Below the pieces are notes generated by a model. That model was not told the DNA's origin, did not search any database, and saw only the letters and a program-made list of their open reading frames with translations. DNA of 63,880 nt, filler included. It is 4 parts of 4 records of this genome, joined end to end, with 100 filler letters (N's around TTAATTAATTAA, not from the genome) between each part and the next. Parts side by side here need not be neighbours in the genome. Positions count along the whole stretch, not along the records: positions 32,305 to 63,880 come from SRR2962707_920; 3 more parts are not named here. One strand, given 5' to 3'. The translations under genes were made by a program, and so were the position numbers. This document shows, one piece after another, positions 41,401-53,800 of this stretch; position 1 is the first letter of the stretch, and every line of letters starts with the position of its first letter.

Positions 41401-44400
41401 ACGGCAAAACAAGTCTACATTGAAAGTGGTAAGGGATGTACGGCTGAACAATGGGCTGAGCTAAGTGATGCACAACGAAAACCTTTTGAGGCGATTGTTG
41501 CTGACGCCAAACTTGAGGCCACGCAGCGTCGCAGAGGCTTTTTGGCCTTGTACGCGGCGTTAATTTGCGCGGCACAGGAGTTTGTCCGCGAACAAAATGG
41601 CGGTGAACGGTCCTCAGCGTCACTGAGAGATGTCGATCGATGTGCCCAGATATTTCGATGGTTTGGTGAACACTTGGCGGCTGAGTTTGGTGAAGAAGAA
41701 GAATGGACGTTGGAGGACTTTCTGGAGGTCCGCCCAGTTGCACAGCGTCATGTGCGCACAGCTGTCATCATGTCGATCGCCTATTGCTACCACGCTCGGC
41801 TTGACCGCAAGCTTCGACAAGGGCTTCGTGACAGGCTTTCGCAGTGCCGCGCGAGTCTTCTGGAAAGGTGAGTGTCACAGCGTAGCCGTTGTCTAAAAAC
41901 GGTTGAGGCCAAGCTTTGTCGCTCAGCTGGAGGCGCTTGACTGTGCAACTTGGTTTTAATAGGTACGAGTTTGACATGGTCAGCCTCACCGAAAAACACA
42001 CCCGTGCAATGAAATCGACATCGGCCCAAACGGACCAAGAACTCCAGGCGACTCACGGTCTTGAACAGCGCGCGCTGCGGCTGTCTGGGGTTGAATGGCT
42101 AGATCTGTCATCGGCATCGTTCATGCAGGAAGTCGAACGGGTGCAAACTTACTTTGTGTCAAATATGAAAGTTGGGGATGGCATTGCCCGCAATGAAGCT
42201 CTTTGTGAGAACTTGTTTATGATTCTCGTCTCTGTTCTCAACAAGATCCCGATATTTGTTATTGGTGTCCCTGGCTCGTCCAAGTCGCTTGCAATGCGAC
42301 TTATTCAGTCCAATCTTCGTGGTTCTGCTTCCAGTAACGAGTTTCTTCGCAAACTCCCTGCGGTCGAGGTGTTCCCGTATCAATGCTCTCCTCAGTCCAC
42401 GAGTCAAGGAATCGAACAGGTCTTTGGCTCTGCAAATCGCGTTGCTGCTGAAGCTCAGAACACTGTCGTTGTCGTTCTGCTTGATGAAGTAGGACTTGCG
42501 GAGTACTCGCCACATCTTCCGCTGAAGGTGTTGCACAAGCTATTGGATGAGGCGCATGGCTCACAGGCACTAGTGGGAATTTCCAACTGGCCTCTTGACC
42601 CTGCAAAGATGAACCGTGCTGTGCACCTGTACCGACCGGCGCCAACAGCAGCAGATCTTGCTGTCACCGCGTCGGGCATCGTTGAAAGTGAAAGTTTGCG
42701 TCCTTACTTGAAAGCTTTGGCAAGTGCCTACCACGACGTTGTGGAGCAACAACGAGAACAGTGCGTAGCAGCGAGCGTGCATCCATTCGTTCTCTCTGCT
42801 TCACTATCTGTCATTGTTACATTTGTGGTCCAATGTTCGACTGCTGGTTATTCAACTGTCGTGCAAATGGATGCAGGTATCGCAATGAAACGCAGGCAGA
42901 TTTCTGGGGTCTCCGTGAGTTCTACTCGCTTGTGAAGAAGATCAACTTTGATATCCGGCGGCTGCGTGCCGCAGGGGAAGCAGAAGATTTGCATCCGCAG
43001 CAGCTTCTCTTTTCGATCCAGCGCAACTTTGGCGGCCGCCCAAGCGACATGGAACCTGTGTTGCGGATTTTCTTTGAACGTCTTGGCAAACAGCAGCTGC
43101 TGGCCGAGCTCCAACGGATGCCAGTGCTCGAGCTTGTGCGTGAAAATCTCGGTGCCATGCAGGAGTCACGGCACCTTATGATCCTGACGAAAAACAATGC
43201 CACCACTGCCCTATCGCTGCTGTACGACAACGGTTTGGTGGATCACGAGAATAGTGAGGTGATATTTGGCTCCGACTTTCCTCATGACGATTCGGACTTG
43301 CAGATTATTCTTAACTTGCAACGGATCAAGAAGTGCATGGCTGAGGGCAGAACTGTTGTTTTGGTGCACTCACGGGATGGTTTCTACGAAACTCTGTACG
43401 ACTTGCTGAACCAAAATTACACGGAGCATGGAGGTCAACTGTAAGTTCGGATATCGCGTTGAGTTGTCACCAGTGAGAATGTCGACGCTTGGTTGTCTCT
43501 GATACTGTTAACTTGTGCTGGCGCTGGTGCTGGTGCTTCCGTTGACGCTAGGTATGCCCGTTTGGCGTTTGGCAACTCGTACGTTCTGTGCCCTTTAGTC
43601 AAGGAATTCCGAGTTGTTGTCATTGTGGACCAAGCGGACGCGTACACCAAACTTGCTCCTCCACTGCTCAATCGATTTGAGAAACAGGTTTGCAAGTTTA
43701 CATTCTCACTGTCTGTTGTTACTTGTAACCACACTGTCGTCGGTCGCCGTGGTGGAGGATGAATGACGCCGTGCCGTGTGCTGTCGTGTGCCAGGTGCTT
43801 ACACGCCAACATCTTCTTGGGGATGATCGTCGAAGCCAGCGGGTTCGAGACACCGTCCACCGGCTGAAAGCCTTTGTTCATTCATTCGCAACTGTGTCGT
43901 TTGTTGACGCCGAGGCAATAGCTGCAGTCGACGGCGATCCCGCCATGGTTCGCGATGCTTTTTGTGGGTACCACAAAGATATGCTGTTGTCCCTTGCCCA
44001 GTCAATGGAGCTTGAATCATTGAAAGCTGGATCTAACACTGCCACGGCAGCAGCGCCAAAACCTCAGATTGCTTCAACACCTTTGCAGCAAGCAATTCGT
44101 CGACTTCTGTGGTGTGCAACTCCGGAGGCAGCGTCGAGATGGATGGCTGACACCGAAGCCGTTCGTGCAGCAGCCCAACAAGTTGAAGCAGAATTTGGGA
44201 TCGACATCGAAAAGATCTACTTTCAGGATCAGCAGCACTCGAATCTCCCCACTTTTGTACGCACGCTTGCTTTGCGTGAAAGTGCTTCATCGCACGGTTC
44301 GCCGACCATCGACGGCACCTTTTTTGCAACTGAGAACATGGCTGCCGCAACAGTGGCTCTAACATTCGCTCCTTTTCACCATGACACAGCTGCTCTCGTC

Positions 44401-47400
44401 AACGCTGTGGTTGAAGGAGTGCACGCAGTCGAAGTCACACTGCATCAGCTATCGAGCGAGCATGATCTTCGATCTGAAGTTGCCGCATTTTGCAGCGGCA
44501 CCAAGGATGGGATCCCTGCGGCGTGTAACAAGTCAGATGCAGAAATTTCGACGCAGCTTCTTATTATCCACTGTGATCCAACCGTAGCCTCGGCCCAGCG
44601 AGTTGAGCACGCCAAGTACATCGTCGAACAGGAGCGTGCAGCACAGTCAGCGGCAGAAGCAGCTGCTGCAGGTGCTTTGAAGGGTGTGTCACGCCATATT
44701 CTTCTGCTCGTCCACTTGCCTCGTGGACAGGCTGGTCAACTTATCCCGGTGGATTTTAATAAGCGCTGGAAGTATGCGTTTGTTGATGCAATTGACAGCT
44801 CTGACACCAATGGCATGCCAGACATGCAAGAGCTTCTCACCATGAACTCGAGTATGCATGTGATTCTGAAAAATCTGGACCTTGATCGAGTATTCCGCAG
44901 CGTATTCCGCAGTGCCCTGGCCAACTTGAAACTCCCTTTTCGTTGTGGCACTGAGTTTTACCTTCACAAAATCCATTCCTTGCAAAAATTAGTGGAAGCC
45001 ACTTGCACAGATGCGGAGCCACGATTTTTGGCTTTTACTCGTGAAATTATGTGCAAAGTCATGGAGACCGAAAACATGTCGCTCAACATGAATTTGTCTG
45101 GTCGCTCAGATCTTCTTCTACGAGGCACTTTCCAGAACTGTCTGCACGCTCAAATCCTTGCAGCGGCACGGCGTGCACTCACCGTGCTCTTGGCTCATGC
45201 TGAGCGAAACTCATACCTGGCATTGCTCGATGTCAACGCTCTCGCGAGTCTTTCTGACCCGGAACGAAGTCATCTCTCTAACCTTTGGTACCGTTTGTTC
45301 CGGAAAAGTTGTCCGAAGGAGATCGAGGAGCAAGCTGCGTCGGCCAACTCTGTGTCACAAGCCATGGTGGTTGTCAAAATGGATTCTCGGCAGACTGGCA
45401 CTCGTTTTGAGGCACACTTCCCGTTCTCTCACTTTGTGGCCCGCCTAGTTGAAACGCATCGAAGCATCTTTGTGCCACAATTAAGCAATGAGTCTCTTGT
45501 CACTCTTGAGACCAACCTCCGGAACCAAGTTTGCGCTTTGCATCGGCTTGAGTTGAGCTTGGCCAGTGAATCAACCACTGACATGAGTGCGGAACCAGCT
45601 GATGATGAATTGCAGCCTTCGCTGGAACAACGGTACGTTCAAAATATCAAAATATCCCTGTTCCCTGTATTGCTGGGCCAAGTTGCTTGTTCTTTCTTGT
45701 CGGTGTTTATAGTTGCTCTCTTATTTTTTCCTAGTTACCTGAGGGATTTCGTGATGATGTTTGTTCTTGACGACGAACATCGAGAGGTAGATGCGGGCAG
45801 CGTGGTTTTGCCGGTCACTCGCAAAGTACTGCAGCTTGCAACTGGCACGACTCCCTCCCATCCAAGTGATATTCATATTCGCTTCTGGAAGTACGAGGAT
45901 AAACTCCGCCAATACCTTCGCCTTCTCAACAGTCTGCCCAACAATCGGCAACAAATTGTGAGGGATGATTTGTGTGCTGTGGCTGACAAGTCTCTGATCG
46001 CAAGCAACAACCCCGAAGTCGCTCTCGATGTTCGCGTTTTGTCACTGGTTCTCGCACAACTCGAGAGCATGGTGGCGGATGAGGCCATTGAACCCGCGAC
46101 ATGGCTTCGCACATTCCACGACATGGAAGAGCTAGTTGTTCAAATCATGGATGACGGAATCACAGCCCTAACAACTGTTGATGAGCCTAGCAATGGAAGT
46201 GATAGTGGTAGGTTGGCAGTAGAAGCGCTTTGTGTGCGTTGGGAAAAGCTCTCGCTTTTTGCAATGTTTCTTCGCGATGTTACCATCCCATTGGCACCTG
46301 CATTGGGTGTGCAACAAACACACAAGAATCGGACAGCCCTGTGGGCAGGAATGTCTGCACCAGATGAAAGCATTCGCTCTCACAGGTTCTTTGACAGCAT
46401 TTTTGGACTACTCCGCGACGTATCGGCTGTGACCGACGCATCATCCACGGCCAGCGCCTTCTCAAGGTTCATCGACGTCTATATTTCGGAATACGTCTTT
46501 GCAAGTCCCATCGCCTCCCAGACGCAAGCCGCGCAGAGCAAAGTTGACCACGATCTATTTAAGGATGTAATAGGGCTGTTGTCCAAGGACTCTATGACAA
46601 TCGCAAATGGCGGGGAGGCAGCCGCAACGGCGCTGAGTTTGTCGTTACCGGAATCAAGTCGTCTATCCCTCATGAGGACAGTATTGGACGTGCAGGAGCC
46701 GTCAGTAAAGGCCAAAGTCGATGAGTTCCTCGAAGCAGCACTTCCATGGGCTGTTGCAGGAAATGGTTTCCTTGATGAACCACTCTGCGTGTGCTACGTG
46801 TATGTGTGTGAGGGAATGATCCATCGGAAGCTGCAAGCCCACTCAGGAGGCGATAATATTGTGCATCGCGCGCTTTTGCTTGCCCAGCAGTTCCAACTGG
46901 AACAAGCGCCCTTGCTGCAGACGCCCTTGTCACCAGAGAAAGTGGCTGCCTCCACTGGCCGGCAGCTTCGTGACCTTCTTGACGCTATCGCAACTGCTCG
47001 AGCTTTGTATGATATCGCTGCAGATTTGCTTTTTAAAGACCCATCTCTTGCAGACCTTGCTGTTGATCAGAGTCCTGGCGCTACATTGCACACGGATTCG
47101 GCAGAGCTAGTGCGCGTGCTCAATCGCTGCCTGGTTCCCACCAATACAGCAGAATCTAGTGATGGAGGTACAACGGCAGCTTTTTCCCAAAGCAGTTACT
47201 TGCAGTCACTTCAGATTTACCTTTTGAAAGGACTCGAACGACGCGGTGGGCTGTCGTTCTTGCGGGGTGTTTTGGCAAAGCCAGCTGTCGGCGCAGCAGA
47301 TTGGTGCGTGAACGGTCTTAAGCGCAGTGCTGTAGCTCACCCACATTTTACTCGCTGGACTATGGGCAGCAATCTGCCCACATCCAACCCGATGCGCGAT

Positions 47401-50400
47401 CATCGTGGCGCAGAAAGTATGTCAATTGCCCTTGACGGGTTCCTACAGACTGAGGCTGCAACAGATCTTGAGGGAACTTTTGTCGCTGCTGCGCGCAAAT
47501 TCCTCACCGACGAACCGTGGGGAGAGGCATATTTGCCGGGTGCATTGTTGGTGGCTGTCTTTCACAAGTGCTATTACTTGCGCGCTCAGGCTCTTGACAT
47601 GATCCCGCCACAAACTCGGGAACGTGTGGCGTTGTTGCATGAGTGGCTGGGTTCCAGTGGGCAGGCCGAACTAAAGCTCCCTGACCTAGTTTTGAGCATG
47701 CTGCTGCGGTTCACCACCCTAGACGTTTCAGTGGACGAGTTGCAGGCGAAGAGTCACGATGCCTTTTACCTTGGTCCAAACTCGACCACCAACGACATTC
47801 TCAAGACACGGGTCCTTGTGCATATGGTAGCGGTGGCGTCAATGGGCCTGGACAAGTCCATTGCGGGTGTGCGGCCTCTTTTGGCATTCTTTACGAGTGT
47901 GCTGTACCACCCTGAAAAGCTGAACGGAAGCTACTTTCCGCAGATGCCAATGGACCATTTGTATGTTGCACAATGAACGTTGCTGCGTCATTCGATCAAA
48001 GCCGTTTCTGGCATTCTAGTCCTGTTTACGTTTGATTTGCTTTCCTATGTTATTTGCTTTGCAAATGTCATTTGGCAGGTACTACATGATGTGCAACATG
48101 CGCTTTGCCGAGACTGGAAAGCGCGGACGCTGGATGTACTGCCGCAACGGCCATCCGTACTGCGTCGACGCATGCGGGCGCCCGACCATCGTGCAAAAAT
48201 GCTCTGCGTGTGGAGTGTTGATCGGTGGACTTGGCCACGATCAGATAGAGTGAGTGGCATTCATGCATGCAATGAACAAATTCGCTTTTGCTTTTGCTTC
48301 AATTGACCGCGACGACAAAGTGACTCGGTGTCAATTTGCATATTTCACGAAGTTGGCTGCTGTTGCGTGTCATGTGGTGAAGATACATCGGCGATTGGAA
48401 TTTGGGTGTGCATGGTCAATATGGCGATCCACCAGAGCTCCGTCCGAAAGGTGAGGTTCAAAAGGATCGAGATGTTGATCCGGCTCTGCAGGGCAATACC
48501 AATTATTATCAAGTGTCAACCCCCCAAGACAATTCTGCACCACAGTATTGTCTGACAAAAGCAGAAGAAGGCTCGACAACGCTCGCAGACGTGAGTGAGT
48601 CATTGCGGGAGGTTCCCGCTCGGGACTGCCGCGCGCAGCGCCTACTGCTACACGCTGCTCTTCTTGCGGGTGCTCATTTTGGTGGATCTGCTTGGCTGAG
48701 AAAGGCTGCCAACTTTTCGAAGGCTATTGAACCAAATTCGGAAGGTCTGCCTACGTTGTTTGCTGGGAGGTTCATGCTCGACTGGGAACGCATGAAAAAG
48801 GTCCTTGGATCCCTTGGTGACGATGACACGGAGCTCATCCTTCATGCTGCAATTACTGGATTTGGAGAAGCCGCTCGGACAGCTGTTGAGCGCAGATTGC
48901 AGCCGCACACTCCGAGCTCAGCATTTCTGGCATCGCGTGAATCACGGGCAATGTGGGAACGGAATGTTCACAAGAGCATTCTTGCTGATATCGTAGCAGA
49001 TGGACAATTGAGTCGCAAACTAGCAACCATGAAAGAATTATATGACGACGAAAACGAGCATCGCGTCGGAATAATGCTGCAAGAGCGTGCGCTCGCGACA
49101 TACGACACTGCAGAGCGCGCGCGCGCTGCTCCTGCGCTTTTCCGTTTCAGGCAGGCATTTGCTGCAGACACCTTTGAATTCCATGTCCACGCTGCACGGG
49201 AGCGGTTCCCACTTCTGCACAGCTTTGTGACGGAGCCAGACCAGGTACGCGGCGCTCACTATCTTGCCGATGCGCTGGATTGGATGCGGTTGCTGACAAC
49301 GCAGTATAATCGTCGAATTGCGGAGAAGACTGCCGAGCAAGAGATCAAAGTGGCCGATGTGCTTGCGGCTTACGGACAAGCAGTGCAATGGCAACGTGCA
49401 TGGCAAGGTTTTGAGGCTGCGTGGGCATTGGAAGCTCACTTGGGTGTGCCCATTGAGTGTGGCACTATTACGCCAGAAGGCATTGCAATGGGGTTGGATT
49501 CGCAACTCGCTCTGTGCCTGCCAGCGCACGAAAACCAAGGCTTACTCACGAAAGCCCTGGCAACCATCTTAACACGGCTGCACAACAATCTTCGCGAGCT
49601 GGCCCAGGAGCATCTCGTGGCTCGCGGGGGTGGGGTTGTGGAACCCTCGCAAGTATCATCACGAAATTTCACTCGCACCCACACGATTCACAAAAAGCGG
49701 GCGAGCTACGAAGCAGCATTTGCAGCATTCACGGAGTATGTTAAGCGTCACTGCCTCGTGTATTCGACAGAGACAGGCAAACTAACATACGATCTGGCTG
49801 CCGCCGAGCGCTGGCTTGTGGACGAGTATTTTGCGACGTGCCCAACTGTAAAGCTCGAGTTGAATATGGTGTCGTATCTAGGCGAAAGTGCTATCTCTGA
49901 TGCACTTCTGTCACTAAAGCGCACCATTCCGCAGGAGCCTCTACCGATGGAACTCAAAGCTCAACTCAAGAGAACTGTAACGAACCGAACAATAGCTCAG
50001 TCATGTATTGAAGAGCTTGAGCAGGTCGGTTGTGTGGCCGGTTGGTTGGTTGGTTGATATGGGGCTATTCTTAGTTGGCACGATTTTTATTTTTATTGTG
50101 GGATTGTGTGCATAGGCTCTCGTGATTATGGTCGACTCAATTGTACAAGCCGAGGTGGGCGGAAATACAAAGTTGTGGTCTGTGCTGATGCTCCAAAATG
50201 ACATTTTCAACGACATTCGCCTCAAGCATGTTGATGCGCTCAATACTTTTTTGGCTGAGCAAGTCTCAACTTCGGAATTCCCGTTGGTGCACAAGCAGTA
50301 CGTTGTGTGGCGGAGACTTTGATTTTGTTTTTTGATATTTGTTGTGCGTTTCACGATTTTTTCCTTCTTCGGAAATCCTAGGTACAAGGTCAAATTTACC

Positions 50401-50827
50401 GACGGCTTCAATGCCAATTATCATTCGTTTCCAGCCCCGAGCCAAGAGGCAGTGCAAAATCTGCACGATGCCGCTCGTCGTGCAGAGGGTCTCGAGGTCA
50501 TTGTTGAATGCATGCTGGAGCTGATGGAAAGCTATCTCATGGGCACAAATGTGGTGCGTGCAGTGCTTCAGTTGTTGCGTTCACCTGTGCTGCTCAAATA
50601 ACCTTGGTATGTGCGTCTAACGGCTTTCTATGCGTTACGGCTGCAAACAGGATCCCAGCACTTCCATCCGAGACGCTGTGATGGCTGACTTTGACGAAGA
50701 GTTAGAAGGCACTGACTTTGATCTCTTATTCCCCGAGGGCGAAGGCTCGCTCGTTCTCAACATGGGCCACTTCATCGAGGCCTACAAAGTGCTCGACCAA
50801 GCGCATAATTTTGCTGGCGACGTGTGA
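32476..50827 (+). CDS. Eukaryotic RNF213/mysterin-like giant AAA+ ATPase / RZ-finger E3 ligase, about 5465 aa, 19 exons
   Basis: CBM20-like N-terminus; Walker A GGGKT, GETGCGKS (40729), GVPGSSKS (42264); FLDEVNT, LLDEVGLAE, ISNWPLDPAKMNR, IFGSDFPHD, LYDLLNQNY, PLLNRFEKQ; RZ finger 48131-48238. Inferred GT-AG introns 34848-34975, 35357-35485, 36695-36796, 37211-37347, 37537-37633, 39128-39231, 39373-39476, 40866-40964, 41868-41962, 42761-42876, 43441-43551, 43688-43794, 45633-45734, 47961-48078, 48250-48382, 50025-50115, 50298-50381, 50554-50650 give one open frame of 16398 nt. Confidence 0.9.
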
Positions 50828-50895
50828 GCGTGGGACCATGCGAAGGAGACAATGAGCAGAAGTTTAGGGCGTTGACAACGTAGGCTTGTTTTAAA

Positions 50896-53800
50896 TTATT
50901 CGATGTCATTTCGATCGACTGCCTTGTCCTCGTGTCCGTCATGTAAAAACTTGACATGGAAAGTTCCATCGCCGTTATTAGCAACGACCTCAGCTTCCTT
51001 CATTTCGTCAGCATCAAAATCGTACCTGCGTTTAGCAAAATGCCGATCTCAACAAAAGACATCGCCAAGACACTCACTTTGAACACCAGCGTCCTGACAA
51101 CGACGTACGCTTGCACAGTGTCGCCTTCCGCCACACTTTCGCCATCTTCACTTCTGCCACTTTCACCGTTACCTTGTAGAGACTTAACGTCACGTGAGTC
51201 GACGGTGAGGTCGTCACCGTCGTCGAATTGAATGAGGTACCTAATTCAAATTGTTCACAGGAATTATTAGGAACACCTGCAACGTCCAAGGCTTTTTGCA
51301 GCGAGACCCAAGCGGAAACAATCTGCACACAGAAACACAAACGGCACCCACACGCACCCTCCGTCATCAGTCACTTCATTCACAACCCCTGGCCGCCACT
51401 CGGTTCCGTCTGATGTTGCTAACACACGGTCGTTGAGTTTCCATCGACCTGCACTGTCTAAACTGGAGGCAACTTTTGTTCGAATTTCATTTTCTGGCAC
51501 ATCCTCTTCTCGATCCCCATCGTCATAGGAAATAGAGTATGTTCCATTCCCATTGGCTGCATCAATCTTGCCGGCATACCACTCATCACCTCCGTTGTAC
51601 AGTGCTTCAACATCATCTCCAACCTTGAACTTTGTTCCTGCTGTCGAACTGTTCGGATCAAGATTGGCGGTGGAATTGGACTTCGCACGAATCAAATCCT
51701 CTTCAACGCCGGCTTCAGCATCGCCATCATCATACCCAACGTCGTAAGTCCCATCGGCGTTCACACTGTCTATTTTGCCTGGGAAGAAAGTCCCTTCTTG
51801 TCTGTAGTTTGCTTCGATAGAATCACCCTTGTTGAACTTGGGCTGTGCTAACGAGCCACCGCCAGCACTGGCACTGCCACTGGCGGCAGAGGTTCCATTG
51901 GAACGCTCCCGAATCAAGTTCTCATGCACGCCGTCTTCGGCATCACCGTCTTCATACGCGATATCGTAGGTGCCGTCACTGTTAACTCGTTCCACCTGGC
52001 CTGGAAAATAGGTGCCTTCTTGGCCGTAGTCGGCTTCGATCTTATCACCCGCTTTGAACTTGGGTTCAACTCCAAGAGGCGTGTCACCTTCGCCAAGTTC
52101 CTCACTGGCCACGGAACCTGCATCTTCGTTCTGATTGGCTGTACGGGGTTGAATGAGCTTCTCGTCCACGCCCCGTTCTGCATCTCCATCATCGTAGACA
52201 ATGTCGTAGGTACCATCAGCATTCACCTTTGAAATTTGACCCGGAAAGAACGAGCCTTCGCCATTAAAGTTTGCTTCAATTGGATTTCCCAAGTCGAATT
52301 TACGCACTTGGGCAGCGCTGCCACCACCACCATTGTGGTCCACACTAACCTCATCGAAATCGTGTTGTTCGCTCTTTTCTATCGTTCGGATTCTGTGCGC
52401 AGGAACTGCCTTCTCTTCATCTCCGTCATCGTAGGTAACATCGTACGAACCATCGCTATTCTTCGCACCAATTTTTGCAGGAAAAAAACTTCCCTCACCA
52501 GCGTAATTAGCTTCAACAACATCGCCAACAGCGAAAACCTTTGCGGCTGTAGCGCTTGTTGATTGCGAGTCAGCATCAAATCCACCGTCAACGACCTGGC
52601 TTGCTCCAGAGTTCTTGCCGCGAATTCGGGATGATGGAACGTCCTCCTCGGTATCACCGTCGTCATATGCAATGTTGAAAGTGCCATCAAGATTCACGGT
52701 CGAAATGACACCCGCAAAGTACGTCCCTTCGCCAGCAAAATCAGCTTCGACAGCTTCCCCTTTCTGAAATGCTGTCGTTTCTGTTGCAGGCTTTCTGTTG
52801 CGCAACCTGGAAACGGGAACTGCTTGCTCCGCGTCCCCATCATCGTAAGCAACATCATAAGTACCATCAAGATTACAGTGACTGATTTTTCCCGGAAAGA
52901 AGGCGCCCTCGCCTCCGAAATCGGCCTCCACAACTGCTCCAACCTCGAACATGTTTTCACTGTTGCCATGCATCGGGATATTTGACCGAGCCTGGGTTGA
53001 ATCTGCACGTTTGACCAGCCGTAAATGGTCTGCAGTCACCCCCTGTTCTGAATCACCATCTTCATACAAAATATCATAGGTTCTATCACCATTGACTTTC
53101 ACAACTGTGCCATCATAGTAGCTCCCTGCCCCAGCGTAGTCAGCTTGAACCCTGTCGCCCTCTGCGTACACTATTTTGCTTGTCGACTGAGATTCGGCAT
53201 CGAATGGGTCCACATTCGAACCGGCAGAATCAGTCTCTGACTCAGTTGCTTTCATCCTGATCATTTCTTCGGTCACACCCTTTTCGGTGTCTCCGTCGTC
53301 GTACGCGATGTCAAAGGTTCCATCTGGATTCAGTGCGGTGATTCGGCCAGGGAAAAAGTTTCCCTCTCCCCCAAAATTGGCTTCGACAACATCTCCAACT
53401 GAGCGTGTGCGGCCAACATGGCCGGCTTGGCCACCAGCATAACGAATGAGGTGTGCTGGAACGCTTTCCTCTGCATCCCCATCTACGTAATCGATGTTAA
53501 AAGTTCCATCCGCATTCACAGCTCCAATTTTCCCAGGGAACCAGGTTCCTTGGGCAGCAAAATTGCCCTCAATACTCTCACCAACACTAAAAGTTGGAGA
53601 TCCAAGTGCAGACTTTGCAGCTGCATCTGTCGACGCTGTCTGCTCACGTGGCAATTTGGAGTCCAACAAGCGGACTCTTGTGGCAGGAATTTCCCGCTCT
53701 TCATCACCGTCATCATACGATATGTCAAGCGTCCCGTTCGAGTGAATCACCGCAACTTGTCCTGGAAAATATGTGCCTTCGCCGGCAAAGTCGGCTTCAA

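Noticed and set aside
46780-46815. LCVCYVYVC as a RING remnant
   Set aside because: Cys spacing does not fit C3HC4; looks like a hydrophobic helix.
32449-50827. Fragmented ORFs read as a pseudogene or a multi-gene bacterial operon
   Set aside because: Every break is bridged by an 84-137 nt GT-AG intron that restores one frame.
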